Below are positions 40,194-50,365 of a stretch of DNA of 64,000 bases, piece by piece (position 1 is the first letter of the stretch; each line of letters opens with the position of its first letter). The position numbers and the translations under genes were made by a program. The notes beneath the pieces were generated by a model that worked only from the letters and a program-made list of their open reading frames with translations, was not told where the DNA came from and did no database searches. This DNA is from Bradymonadia bacterium. GTDB lineage: Bacteria > Myxococcota_A > Bradymonadia > UBA7976 > UBA1532. The DNA lies in NCBI GenBank assembly GCA_046290225.1, contig JBKAGE010000070.1, forward strand, positions 224,001 through 288,000, given 5' to 3'.

Positions 40194-41435
40194 ATGATGG
40201 GCCTGACCATCCTCTCCACCACCGCCGCAGCCCTCATCACCCTCGGGGTTCTGGAGCAGCGGCGCCACCTGAAGGCCTTGGGGCAGATCCCCATCCGCAT
40301 TCATGTGAACGGCACCCGGGGCAAGAGCAGCGTCACCCGCCTCATCGCCGCAGGGCTCAGAGCAGGTGGCATACGCACTGTGGCCAAGACCACCGGCACG
40401 CTGCCGCGGCTCATCGGGCCCGACGGCACCGAGCGCCCCATCGAGCGCCCGGGCCGCGCCAACGTCATCGAGCAGATTCACATCGTGGCCCGAGCTGCAG
40501 AGGCCGGCGCCGAGGCCCTCGTGGTGGAGTGCATGGCGCTGCAGCCCTACCTGCAGTGGCTCAGCGAGTCCCGGTTCATCAAGGCCACCCACGGCGTGAT
40601 CACCAACGCCAGGCCTGACCACCTCGACGTGATGGGCCCCTCGGAGATCGACGTGGCCAGAGCCCTCGCCGGCATGGTGCCCACCACTGCAGGGGCCACG
40701 CTCTACACCGCTGAGCGAGATCACATCGACGTCATCGCCCACGCGTGCACTGACAGAGGGGCGCGCCTCGTCGACATCGACGCCTCGGCGCTGCCACAGC
40801 TCGCCCCCGAGATCACCACCCCCCTCGAGGGGTTCCCCTACCTCGCCCATGGCGACAACGTGGCCCTCGCCCTCAAGATCTGCGTCGATCTCGGCGTTGA
40901 TCCCCAGGTGGCCTTGGAGGGCATGTGGGGGGTGACGCCTGATCCCGGCGCCACCACGGTACACACCCTCGAGGTCGACGGGCGGCCGGTGGTGTTCTAC
41001 AACGGCTTCGCCGCCAATGATCCCGAATCCACTGAAGCCCTGTGGCGCATGGCCCTCGAACGACACCCTGACCTCGACGCCTCTGTGGCCCTGATCAACT
41101 GCCGGGCCGACCGACACGATCGCAGCCGCCAGCTGGGAGAGGCCATTGGACGGTGGCCCCTCGCCGACGAGGTGGCCCTCATGGGATCTGGCACTGACCT
41201 GTTCGCCCGAGCGGCCCACCACGTCGGGGTGCCCGATGCGCACGTCACTCACGTAGAGCATTTGTCTGCCATAGAGCTGGTGGCCCATCTGCTGGGTCGG
41301 CACACAGGGGGCCTGCTCATCGTCGGCATGGGCAACATCGGCGGCCTCGGGCTGCCTGTGGTCGACGCCTTTCGCGCACTTGATCCCACGTTGCTCGCCT
41401 CTGAGCCCGAGTCTCCTGGAGAGGCCGCCTCATGA
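40194..41435 (+). CDS. pgsB: poly-gamma-glutamate synthase PgsB/CapB
   Basis: RIHVNGTRGKSSVTRLI, AKTTGT, ECMALQP, ITNARPDHLDVMGP, NGFAANDPEST. Confidence 0.95.
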   Translation: MMGLTILSTTAAALITLGVLEQRRHLKALGQIPIRIHVNGTRGKSSVTRLIAAGLRAGGIRTVAKTTGTLPRLIGPDGTERPIERPGRANVIEQIHIVARAAEAGAEALVVECMALQPYLQWLSESRFIKATHGVITNARPDHLDVMGPSEIDVARALAGMVPTTAGATLYTAERDHIDVIAHACTDRGARLVDIDASALPQLAPEITTPLEGFPYLAHGDNVALALKICVDLGVDPQVALEGMWGVTPDPGATTVHTLEVDGRPVVFYNGFAANDPESTEALWRMALERHPDLDASVALINCRADRHDRSRQLGEAIGRWPLADEVALMGSGTDLFARAAHHVGVPDAHVTHVEHLSAIELVAHLLGRHTGGLLIVGMGNIGGLGLPVVDAFRALDPTLLASEPESPGEAAS

Positions 41436-41893
41436 TCAGCTGGCTGCCGATCTCCGTGGGCTTGGGGCTGGCCATCAGCCTCTTGTTCTCCGAGGCCTTT
41501 GGCCTCGCCGCAGGGGGCCTCGTGGTACCCGGCTACCTCGCCATCGCCTTCAGCCGGCCTCTCATGGTGGTCTCCACCCTCGGCGCAGGGGTCATCGCCG
41601 CCCTCATCGTGCAGGGGTTGTCCTCGGTGATGATTCTGTACGGTCGCCGTCGGACCGCCCTCACCCTGCTCATCGGCTACCTCATCGGGCTTTCGCTCGC
41701 CCCCCTCGCCCCACAGCTCGGCGGCCCCTCTGATCTGTATGCGGTCGTGGGCTTCATCCTGCCGGGCCTTGTTGCCCTGTGGTGCTTGCGGCAGGGGTAT
41801 CGAGAGACGGTGGCCTCGGTGCTCCTCGTCTCTGCAGCGGTGCGGCTGCTGCTGATTCTGCTCGGCGCGCCGATTCTCGAGGGGGCAGGATGA
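41432..41893 (+). CDS. pgsC: poly-gamma-glutamate biosynthesis protein PgsC/CapC
   Basis: GLAAGGLVVPGYLA, ILYGRRR, GFILPGL; overlaps the pgsB stop. Confidence 0.93.
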   Translation: MISWLPISVGLGLAISLLFSEAFGLAAGGLVVPGYLAIAFSRPLMVVSTLGAGVIAALIVQGLSSVMILYGRRRTALTLLIGYLIGLSLAPLAPQLGGPSDLYAVVGFILPGLVALWCLRQGYRETVASVLLVSAAVRLLLILLGAPILEGAG

Positions 41894-43014
41894 AAGCGCT
41901 CTACTGGCGTGGCCGCCACCCGTCTCTCTGGGTGCTGCTCGTGGCCACGTGCTGGATGGTGGGCTCTACAGTGCTCGTGGAGCGCTGGCCTGAGCAGGTG
42001 GAGCAGTCCGGTCACGCGGGGAAGATCGCCGCCGCGGAGAAAGCAAAGGCGGCCTTCGAGCACATCAAGGGCGCGCGGGGGCACCTCGGGGTGGCCATCG
42101 ACGCACGGCTCGACCCGCAAGGCTCGGGGCTCATCGGCGCCCCCATGAGCCCGGTGACCAGCAACAGCGGGCACTTGCCGGCGAAGCAGACCAGCATCAA
42201 CCCCAACTTCGCCGCGGTGATCTATGGCCAGCTGCAACAGGCAGGCGTAGAGCGGGGTGATCTGGTGGCTGTGGGCGTCTCGGGCTCGTTCCCAGCACTC
42301 AACATCTGCACCTATGCCGCCCTCGAGACCCTCGGCGCCCGGCCGCTGGTGCTCGCCAGCGCCTCTGCATCGCAGTTCGGCGCCAACCTGCCAGAGCTGA
42401 TGTGGCTCGACATGGAGCGAGTGCTCGCAGATGCACAGGTGCTCACCACCCGAGCGTCGGGGGCCAGCCTCGGCGGCATTCAGGATCAAGCCCTGGGCAT
42501 GGATGCCAAAGGGCGCGCGCTGTTGAAACAGGCCATGGCCCGCAACAACGTGCCCTTCATCGGCCTCGAGACCACGAGTGATCGGCCCCTCGACCTGAAG
42601 CCCGCGGTGGACGATCGTATCGCCCGATACCGCGCAGCGGCTTCGGGCCAGCCCATCAAGGCGTACATCAACGTCGGCGGCAGCACCGTCTCCCTCGGCG
42701 GCACAGAGGGTCGGCGGGCCTTCAAGCCCGGACTCAACGCCGATCCGATCCTCGGGATAGAAGAGATCCCTGGGGTGATGGCCCGCTTTGCCGCAGAAGA
42801 GGTGCCGGTCATCCACCTTGCACAGGTGGAAGAGCTGGCCCGTCTCGAAGGGCTCCCGCTCCGCCCGCAGGTCGCACCTGCCGTGGGTGAAGGGGGGATC
42901 TACATCAAGGGAGAGCCCAGAGGCTGGCTCGCAGTGCTCTGTCTGATCATCGGCATCGCGCTGCTGGTCCTCGGGGACAAGCGCACGGGCCACACAGGGC
43001 AGACATCAAATTGA
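41890..43014 (+). CDS. poly-gamma-glutamate system accessory protein (TIGR04332-like)
   Basis: DPQGSGLIG, AKQTSINPNFAA, SGSFPALN, ASQFGAN, YINVGG; TM anchors at both termini. Confidence 0.85.
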   Translation: MKALYWRGRHPSLWVLLVATCWMVGSTVLVERWPEQVEQSGHAGKIAAAEKAKAAFEHIKGARGHLGVAIDARLDPQGSGLIGAPMSPVTSNSGHLPAKQTSINPNFAAVIYGQLQQAGVERGDLVAVGVSGSFPALNICTYAALETLGARPLVLASASASQFGANLPELMWLDMERVLADAQVLTTRASGASLGGIQDQALGMDAKGRALLKQAMARNNVPFIGLETTSDRPLDLKPAVDDRIARYRAAASGQPIKAYINVGGSTVSLGGTEGRRAFKPGLNADPILGIEEIPGVMARFAAEEVPVIHLAQVEELARLEGLPLRPQVAPAVGEGGIYIKGEPRGWLAVLCLIIGIALLVLGDKRTGHTGQTSN

Positions 43015-43096
43015 GCCGCAGAGCCGCAGGGCCACGAGGCCCCGCTCGAAGGTCAGCGCTGAACATCACCCGCCCCGTGAAGAGGCGGGATGACGC

Positions 43097-43378
43097 TCAG
43101 CCCCGGGCCTTGCGGATGCGGGTGCGGATGGCCCGAGCGCGCTTCGAGAGCACGTCGACGGGCTGCCTCATGATGAACTGGTCGAAGCCACCGACGTGAT
43201 CGATGGACCGCAGGGTGTTGGCGGCCACGCTCAGGGTCACGAAGGTCTGCAGGGTGTCACTGTAAAGACGGCGGCGCTGCAGGTTGGGCTTGACCCACCG
43301 CTTGGTCTTGATGTGAGAGTGGCTGAGCAGGTTCTTGACGATGGGGCCTTTGCCGGTCAGCTCGCAACGGTGTGCCAT
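43097..43378 (-). CDS. rpmB: 50S ribosomal protein L28 (long, Cys-poor type)
   Basis: RCELTGK, SHSHIKTKR, PNLQ, LRSIDHVGGFD. Confidence 0.9.
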   Translation of the reverse strand: MAHRCELTGKGPIVKNLLSHSHIKTKRWVKPNLQRRRLYSDTLQTFVTLSVAANTLRSIDHVGGFDQFIMRQPVDVLSKRARAIRTRIRKARG

Positions 43379-43483
43379 GATAATTCTCCAGCCCCCTAAG
43401 GGCAGTGTCTGTCACGATAGCCGGGGGGGTATACACGATCCCGGACCCCGAAGTCGAGGGGTAGAGACGAGTGAGAGGTAGAA

Positions 43484-44548
43484 ATGAGTGAGATTCAGCC
43501 CCCCGCAGCAGCGGGCCCGGTCCGGGAGGCCCACCGATTCGACGAGGCGGCCCTCGCCCGGTGGATGTCGGAAAACGTCGAGGACTTCGAAGGCCCGTTG
43601 ACCGTTCGGCAGTTCAAGGGGGGCCAGAGCAACCCGACTTTCTGGCTCGGCAGCCCCTCAGGGCGTTACGTCATGCGCAAGAAGCCCCCGGGCAAGCTGC
43701 TGCCCTCGGCCCACGCCATCGAGCGGGAGTACCGCATCATGCACGCCCTCGCCGACACCGACGTGCCCGTGGCCCGCGTGCACGGCCTGTGCGAGGACAG
43801 CAGCCTCATCGGTACCCCTTTCTTCGTCATGGATCACGTCGAGGGGCGCATCTTCTGGAACGTACAGCTGCCAGACATGCCGCCAGAAGAGCGCACGGCC
43901 ATCTACGCAGAGATGCTCCGGGTGCTCGCCGCCCTGCACAGCGTGGACTTCGAGGCTGTCGGTCTCGGAGATTATGGGAAGGTCGGCGGCTATGTGGCCC
44001 GGCAGGTGCGCCGCTGGACGAAGCAGTACGAGGCCTCGGTCACCGACGACATCCCCGCCATGAACGCGCTCGGCGCCTGGCTCGCCGAGCACGTCCCTGA
44101 CGCCGAAGGCGACGAGACCACGCTCACGCACGGCGACTTCCGCCTCGACAACCTGATCTTTCACCCCACAGAGCCTCGTGTGCTCGCGGTCATCGACTGG
44201 GAGCTCTCCACCCTGGGGCACCCCATCTCCGATCTGGCCTATGGCGCCATGCTCTACCACATCGTGATGCCTGGGGTGGGTGGCCTCGAGGGGGTGGACT
44301 ACGCCGCCACGGGGATCCCCGACGAAGACACCTATGTGGCGCGCTATTGTACCCACACCGAGCGAGACGAGATCGCCCACTGGGCCTACTACAAGGCTTT
44401 CTCCTTGTTCAGGCTCGCCTCGATCCTCCAAGGGGTCTATGCCCGCAGCCTGCAGGGGAACGCCAGCTCGGAGAACGCCGGGATGTACGGTGCCGCTGTG
44501 CACGTGCTCGCGGGGATCGCCTGTCGGATCGCCGGCGTCAGCGTATAA
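43484..44548 (+). CDS. APH-family phosphotransferase (ACAD10/11 N-terminal-like)
   Basis: QFKGGQSNPT, LPSAHAIEREY, HGDFRLDN, IDWELSTLGHP. Confidence 0.9.
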   Translation: MSEIQPPAAAGPVREAHRFDEAALARWMSENVEDFEGPLTVRQFKGGQSNPTFWLGSPSGRYVMRKKPPGKLLPSAHAIEREYRIMHALADTDVPVARVHGLCEDSSLIGTPFFVMDHVEGRIFWNVQLPDMPPEERTAIYAEMLRVLAALHSVDFEAVGLGDYGKVGGYVARQVRRWTKQYEASVTDDIPAMNALGAWLAEHVPDAEGDETTLTHGDFRLDNLIFHPTEPRVLAVIDWELSTLGHPISDLAYGAMLYHIVMPGVGGLEGVDYAATGIPDEDTYVARYCTHTERDEIAHWAYYKAFSLFRLASILQGVYARSLQGNASSENAGMYGAAVHVLAGIACRIAGVSV

Positions 44549-44643
44549 GGTAGGCCTCATCGGCATCAGCGCCCCTGCGTCGAGCCGACCACATCGATTT
44601 TTCAGACACGACACCGCAGCGCTTCCGCTCGGTTGGAGCCTCT

Positions 44644-45276
44644 ATGCCCAGTGAAGTCCACACCATCGACCACCCCCTGATTCAGCACAAGCTGACCCTG
44701 ATGCGCCGCAAGGGCACGAGCACCAGCAACTTCAGGGCCCTGCTCGCCGAGATCAGCACCCTGCTCGCCTATGAGGTGACCCGCGATCTGCCCACCACCA
44801 TGCACGAGATCGAGACCCCACTGGCGAAGATGAAGGCCCCGGTCCTCGACGGGAAGAAGATCGTGCTCATCTCGATCTTGCGGGCGGGGAACGGGCTGCT
44901 CGACGGCATGCTCCGCATCCTGCCCTCTGCCCGAGTGGGTCATGTGGGCCTGTATCGAGATCACCAGACCCTCGAGGCGGTGGAGTACTACTTCAAGGTG
45001 CCCCACGAGATGGAGAACCGCGACGTGATCGTGCTCGATCCGATGCTGGCCACGGGGAACTCCGCAGTGGCCGCCGTGGAGCGCATCAAGAAGACCCTGC
45101 CCCGCTCGATGAAGTTCGTGTGCCTGCTCGCTGCCCCCGAAGGCATCGAGGCGTTCCACGCAGTTCACCCCGACGTGCCCATCTTCACCGCCGCCGTGGA
45201 CGAATATCTCAACGAGAAGAGCTACATCGTGCCGGGCCTCGGCGACGCAGGCGATCGACTCTTCGGTACCCGCTGA
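44644..45276 (+). CDS. upp: uracil phosphoribosyltransferase
   Basis: [38 protein letters not shown]. Confidence 0.97.
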   Translation: MPSEVHTIDHPLIQHKLTLMRRKGTSTSNFRALLAEISTLLAYEVTRDLPTTMHEIETPLAKMKAPVLDGKKIVLISILRAGNGLLDGMLRILPSARVGHVGLYRDHQTLEAVEYYFKVPHEMENRDVIVLDPMLATGNSAVAAVERIKKTLPRSMKFVCLLAAPEGIEAFHAVHPDVPIFTAAVDEYLNEKSYIVPGLGDAGDRLFGTR

Positions 45277-45391
45277 TCGTGTGCAGTGATTTTGCGTGTG
45301 CACACGGGGTGCACATGTGCACATCACGACAAACACGCAGCAAAATCATCCACATTCTCTAAAATCACCACCCAAATCAGGTGAGGTCTAC

Positions 45392-45407
45392 TGGCATCGA
45401 CCTTGCT
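45392..45407 (+). promoter_or_regulatory. sigma54 (-24/-12) promoter candidate
   Basis: TGGCATC-GACC-TTGCT, about 40 nt upstream of ATG 45448. Confidence 0.7.
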
Positions 45408-45447
45408 CTGCACACAGGCATCAATCAGTTCGATCGTGGAGCCTGTG

Positions 45448-46989
45448 ATGCACGCGTTGTGGCGCTGCCCTGAATGTCAACATGCCGTGAGCGTGTCCAC
45501 CCCGGGCATCACCCCGGGGCTCAAATGCATGAGCGGCTGTGCTCAAGTCGTCGTCGCCCCTGAGATCAAACAACGACACCCCTCTGACCCCTGGTTGGGG
45601 CGTCTGATCTCCGATCGATATGCCCTCATCGACGTGCGCCCCGGTGTCGGCGGGCCCGGTCGCTGCTACATCGGCTTGCAACTGCCCGAGGGCACCCCCG
45701 TGGAGATCCGCATCATCGCTCGGGGCACCACCCCCATCGATGATCCGTTCTTTCGCCTCGCAGGGCGGATCGCGGCGTTGAGCCACCACGGATTGCAGCC
45801 CCTGCTGGACTACGGAGAGACCACCGACGGTCTCTCCTATCTCGTACACGGTCAGGCTGAGGGGCGCTCTCTCCTCGAGCGGCTGCAGCTACTGGGTCCG
45901 TTGACCCCTGCTCAGGCCATCGACATCACCCTCAGCGTGCTCGACGCGTTGCGCCCAGGGCACCTCGCCGGGGTGGATCACCGCGATCTCAAGCCGTCGA
46001 ATGTGGTGGTGACGCCCCACGGCGACGGCTTCAAAGTGCTCCTCAAGTCATTTGGCGTCATGTCGATCCTCGAGCAATGCACCACCGGTGCTCAGGGTGG
46101 TCAGGCGCTGCTGGGCACCCCCAGCTATCTCGCCCCTGAGCGTCTGCTCGACCGACAGGCAGGGGTGCGTTCGGACATCTACGCCCTGGGCGTGATGTTG
46201 TATCGCATGATCTCCGGCCGCCTGCCGTTCACCGGCCGCGACAACACCGAGATTCTCGCGCGGCAGATCCAAACGCCGCCACCTGCCCTGAACGTGCCTC
46301 TGCACCCAGCACTCGAGGCCGCCATCTTCAAGGCCCTGGCCAAGCGCCCCGAGGATCGGTTCGCCACCACCCAGAGCTTGCGTATGGCCCTCGAGGCTGC
46401 CGTGGCCCTCTGCGACGACAGCAACATGTCGATGAGCTCCATGGGCGACGAGCCTGAGACCGGCGTCTTCGCTCACACGGATTCAGCCCGCATGCCCCTG
46501 GACGATCAGCCCACTCGCATGCTCGCCGAGGCCCCAGAAGAAGACACGCTCAGCCTCGACGGCAGCGAAGATGGTGAGCTGACGAGCCCAGAGGCGATCA
46601 ACGGGCACTCTCACCCCTGGACCGACGCCTTTGACAGCGATCTCGAAGAAGAGCCCACGCTGGTCACCGAGCTTGACGATGTCTCCCGATGGGTGGGCCT
46701 GATGGAAGCTCAGCGCCTGCCTCTCGATCCGGCCCCCATGGCCCGCACCCCGCTGGCGCGCATTCCCCTCACCCGGATGCCCACCGCCGCGCGGGCGCCA
46801 GTCCCCTCTCAGGCACCCAGCTCGAACGCCGAAGCGAAGGCGCCTACGCCCACTGCCGAAGAGTCAGAGAAGCCTTCGGGCTCGCTCCAACGCTGGCGGC
46901 TCTCATGGTTCTACGGCGGTCTGGTGCTGGTGAGCGCCCTCGGCGTACTCGGCGCTAAGGCGCTATCGCAATGGGTCCCGGGATATTGA
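45448..46989 (+). CDS. membrane-anchored Ser/Thr kinase-like protein (probable pseudokinase)
   Basis: HRDLKPSN, GTPSYLAPE, SDIYALG present; VEIR replaces VAIK and SFG replaces DFG; C-terminal TM. Confidence 0.8.
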   Translation: MHALWRCPECQHAVSVSTPGITPGLKCMSGCAQVVVAPEIKQRHPSDPWLGRLISDRYALIDVRPGVGGPGRCYIGLQLPEGTPVEIRIIARGTTPIDDPFFRLAGRIAALSHHGLQPLLDYGETTDGLSYLVHGQAEGRSLLERLQLLGPLTPAQAIDITLSVLDALRPGHLAGVDHRDLKPSNVVVTPHGDGFKVLLKSFGVMSILEQCTTGAQGGQALLGTPSYLAPERLLDRQAGVRSDIYALGVMLYRMISGRLPFTGRDNTEILARQIQTPPPALNVPLHPALEAAIFKALAKRPEDRFATTQSLRMALEAAVALCDDSNMSMSSMGDEPETGVFAHTDSARMPLDDQPTRMLAEAPEEDTLSLDGSEDGELTSPEAINGHSHPWTDAFDSDLEEEPTLVTELDDVSRWVGLMEAQRLPLDPAPMARTPLARIPLTRMPTAARAPVPSQAPSSNAEAKAPTPTAEESEKPSGSLQRWRLSWFYGGLVLVSALGVLGAKALSQWVPGY

Positions 46990-48403
46990 GAGATCCCTCT
47001 CCGAGAGAGACCTCGCCGATCTCACCCACGTCACCGGGGCCGTCGATGCGCAGGATGGCGATGTTGGGGGGATCGTTCGGATCCACCGACGACAGGTAGA
47101 CCGTGTCGGTGAGGGCACCTCGGGTGATGGAGGTCATCTGATCGGCGAGGCCTATCCCACCGATGCGATACGCCTCCACCATCACCCCGGCAGGGTTCTC
47201 GGCGAGGACCACCACCTGCCCGGGCTGAAACAACGTGATCAAAGCCGTCTCACCGTCGCTGGAGAACAGCGCCTCCCCGGCCTCGTTTATACCCATGAGC
47301 CGTTCGGTCTCCACCAGCATCTCGCCGTCGAAGTCCACCACCGCCACCTGGTTCCCCTCTTCGGAGAAAGGGGAGCTGTTGGGCACCAGCAAGGTGCCAC
47401 CGTTGGGGGAGATGGCCATGCGGGTGTGGGAGACAAAGTCACCGAAGATGTCAAAGGCGCCGATCTCGCGCCACCCGCGACCCTGGCGGGTGAGCAGCCG
47501 CAAATCGTTGTCGTCGACGAAGGGCTCGAAGGCGGCCTGCCCTCCCTGCAAGATGGCCAGCTCGGTCCCAGGCACCTTCACCATGGAGTTGGAGAGCACC
47601 ACGTCGAAAAATGCGTTCCGGTCCTCTTCGAGGGTGCCGTCACAGGCCACCTGAACCGCAGCGATGCCACTGTCCTGGGCCTGGTTGTTCCCGTTGAGCG
47701 CCCAGGCCACCGTACCCTCGTCGGACAGGTGCAGATCGACATAGCTCACCCCAGGCAACTGGATGGCGTCGATGAGGCGCATGTCACCATCGGGGCTCAC
47801 CTGCACCGAGACCAGAGTGCCATCTTCTCCGAGCACCAGGGCGAACTCCCCAGAGGGCACAAAAGCGATGCGTCGTGGGCGGGTGCCCACGTCGAGGCGA
47901 CGGCCAGTGTCTACAGGGGTCGGCTCCCCATCCACCACGAGGGCGCGTACCTCGGTCCCGTCTACGCCTGGCTCTCCAGTAAAGGGGTGACCCACGAGGA
48001 TCACCCGTGGGGCGTCGGGCATCAGGGGCTTGGAGAAGCCACACTCGTCCTCACCACCTGCGCCGCCCATGGGCATCCCGCCCATCGGCTCGCCACCGGC
48101 TCCGCCGACGCCGCCCATCGACGCCCCGCCAACAGGCTCGCCGCCGGCGCCACCATCCCCAGCGGCACCACCAGCGCCACCCACAGGCACACCACCGGCG
48201 CCACCATCACCACCTGACGCGCCGCCAGCGCCTCCAATGGGCGCACCGCCGACACCACCGGCGCCGCCTGCAGGTGCGCCGCCAGCGCCACCGTCGCCAC
48301 CGATGATGCCCGAGATTCCCCCGTCATCGACGATGTTGGACACCTCGTCACAGCCCAGCGCTGCGCAGGCCAGCAAAGATGCCATCCAGGACACCCTCTG
48401 CAT
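46955..48403 (-). CDS. lipoprotein with a GGAGG linker and probable beta-propeller
   Basis: Lipobox ALGC; GGAGG repeats; IAFVPSG, MAISPNG, ALFSSDG blade-like motifs. Confidence 0.75.
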   Translation of the reverse strand: MQRVSWMASLLACAALGCDEVSNIVDDGGISGIIGGDGGAGGAPAGGAGGVGGAPIGGAGGASGGDGGAGGVPVGGAGGAAGDGGAGGEPVGGASMGGVGGAGGEPMGGMPMGGAGGEDECGFSKPLMPDAPRVILVGHPFTGEPGVDGTEVRALVVDGEPTPVDTGRRLDVGTRPRRIAFVPSGEFALVLGEDGTLVSVQVSPDGDMRLIDAIQLPGVSYVDLHLSDEGTVAWALNGNNQAQDSGIAAVQVACDGTLEEDRNAFFDVVLSNSMVKVPGTELAILQGGQAAFEPFVDDNDLRLLTRQGRGWREIGAFDIFGDFVSHTRMAISPNGGTLLVPNSSPFSEEGNQVAVVDFDGEMLVETERLMGINEAGEALFSSDGETALITLFQPGQVVVLAENPAGVMVEAYRIGGIGLADQMTSITRGALTDTVYLSSVDPNDPPNIAILRIDGPGDVGEIGEVSLGEGSLNIPGPIAIAP

Positions 48404-48613
48404 ACGTGATCGGCTCAGTGAACTGCTCACAGTCTTCTCCGCTGAACATTTGAGGACAGACCTCAAGTTGCCCTCACCGATACGCGCCCACCTCGTCGAG
48501 ATCAAGGCGCTGAGGCGTCATGACCGGCCCATGACACAACAGTGATGGCGGGATGACCCCCCTCGTCGCCGGCTCTGTCAGTCTGCATGCACCACGACAC
48601 GACGGAGAGAGAC

Positions 48614-49414
48614 ATGTTCCGCTTTGCCCAGCTCCTGATCGCCCTCAGCCTGCTCGCCCCCCTCTCGCTGGGATGCGGCGCCGCCCGCAAGGCCATGGAC
48701 GCCGAAATGGCCATGAAGCCGATGAACATCGACTCGTCCCGGCAGAAGCCTGCACCACTCACCCGCAACGTCTTCAAGGCAGACAAGGTGAGGGCTCTCA
48801 CCGAAGACGACCTGCGGGTGGTCCTCGACGCGCCGGTCTTCCTCGAGAAGAAGGCCCGCATCGGCGTTGTACCCGTGACCAACGGGTATGCGCCTCACCG
48901 TGACCTGCCTCTCGCCAAAATCACCGCCGACATCGCCAAGACCCTCGACCGCACCGAGCTCTTCGAGATCGTGAGCGAGATCTCCACCGACTGGCCCACC
49001 CACGGCAACATTGCTGGCCTGAGAGAGCTCGCCGCCCGTTACCGCTCCGAATACTTGTTGCTCTACCGCCAGCGGTTCGTCGATCGGACCTACACCAACG
49101 GCTGGGGCTGGACCTGGGTCACGATCGTCGGCGGCCTGCTCGCCCCCACCCGCACCCTCGAAGCCGCAGGCGTGATGGAGGCCACCCTCTTCGACGTCAA
49201 GAGCGGCACCCTGCTCTTCACCGTCTATGCCCGGGTGAACGGCGAAGCCGACGAGACAGTCTGGGGCAATGATCGCAAACGGCGGGACCTCAAGATGCGG
49301 CTGCTCGACGAGGCCACCAGCGCCCTCGTCAAGCAGGTCGAGGCCAAGGTGGAGCAGCTCGCAGACGCCCGGCCCAAGACTGACAAGGCAGAAGAGGCCA
49401 TTGGCGCGCTGTGA
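48614..49414 (+). CDS. hypothetical lipoprotein
   Basis: Lipobox SLGC; GGAG RBS; EATLFDVKSGTLLF. Confidence 0.7.
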   Translation: MFRFAQLLIALSLLAPLSLGCGAARKAMDAEMAMKPMNIDSSRQKPAPLTRNVFKADKVRALTEDDLRVVLDAPVFLEKKARIGVVPVTNGYAPHRDLPLAKITADIAKTLDRTELFEIVSEISTDWPTHGNIAGLRELAARYRSEYLLLYRQRFVDRTYTNGWGWTWVTIVGGLLAPTRTLEAAGVMEATLFDVKSGTLLFTVYARVNGEADETVWGNDRKRRDLKMRLLDEATSALVKQVEAKVEQLADARPKTDKAEEAIGAL

Positions 49415-49631
49415 TCTCGACCCCGGGATCATGACTCATCTGGGCTGGGCCATACGCGACCCCCTTCTGGTCCATGGCTGACCCAGGATGAATCAATTTG
49501 AACCAGCCTGATTCAGCTCGACCATCATTCCGCCGTCTCATGATGCAGGGCGTGACCAGTGCACTTGCTGGTCCAGGCTGCCGGGCGGGCAGCCAATTCT
49601 GTGGGAACATGTAAATCGGAGGCGGACCGAT

Positions 49632-50258
49632 ATGATCAACTCAAATGAAACCAAAGTCCTCATCATCGAAGATGATCCTCATGTGCGGGCCATCTTGGGC
49701 GAGGTCCTCGAACGCGCAGGGTTCGAGACGCACGAAGCCGTGGACGGGCAGGAAGGGTACGAGCGCGCCCGACGCATCAACCCCCACCTGATTCTGTGCG
49801 ACATCGACATGAGTGGCCTCGACGGGCACAGCGTGTTGCGCATCATTCGGGAGGATCCTCAGCTGAGCCACATCCCCTTCATCTTCCTCACCGGCTCGGA
49901 CTGTGAGGAGACCCGCAAAGAGGGATTCTCCCTCGGCGCCGACGACTACCTCACCAAACCATTCTCTGTGGAGACCCTGCTCAAGATCATCGAGACGCGC
50001 CTCAGTCGGCAGCGGGCGATGCAGGCCCACTACGAGCAGATCTTGCAGGCCTTTGCCGGTCGCTTTACTGAAGAGATCCAAAAGCCTCTGCTCGAGATCA
50101 CGGGTTACTCCATCGAGCTGCGTCATCAGTGGCGGGAGATGAGGCCCGCGGACATCGAGATGTTGCTCGAGCTCATCGAACGCCAGGGCCACTTCATCGC
50201 AGCCCTCACTCAGTCAGAGGTCCAACGCCACCTCACGCCGGTCACCGAGCGCATCTGA
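49632..50258 (+). CDS. response regulator with a HisKA-like C-terminal remnant
   Basis: LIIEDD, ILCDIDM, FIFLTG, GADDYLTKPF. Confidence 0.85.
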   Translation: MINSNETKVLIIEDDPHVRAILGEVLERAGFETHEAVDGQEGYERARRINPHLILCDIDMSGLDGHSVLRIIREDPQLSHIPFIFLTGSDCEETRKEGFSLGADDYLTKPFSVETLLKIIETRLSRQRAMQAHYEQILQAFAGRFTEEIQKPLLEITGYSIELRHQWREMRPADIEMLLELIERQGHFIAALTQSEVQRHLTPVTERI

Positions 50259-50365
50259 CGACCTCTCCACGCATCCAACCCTCAGCCTGAGCATCCGCTG
50301 CTTCCCCCTGGACATTTTACAGTACGCCTGTATCGTAAGTGAGTCTCATCCGATATGGAGGCTCG

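Noticed and set aside
43379..43483. Fur-family box upstream of rpmB
   Set aside because: No TGCAAC-N3-GTTGCA-like sequence found, so co-regulation with the metal locus is unsupported
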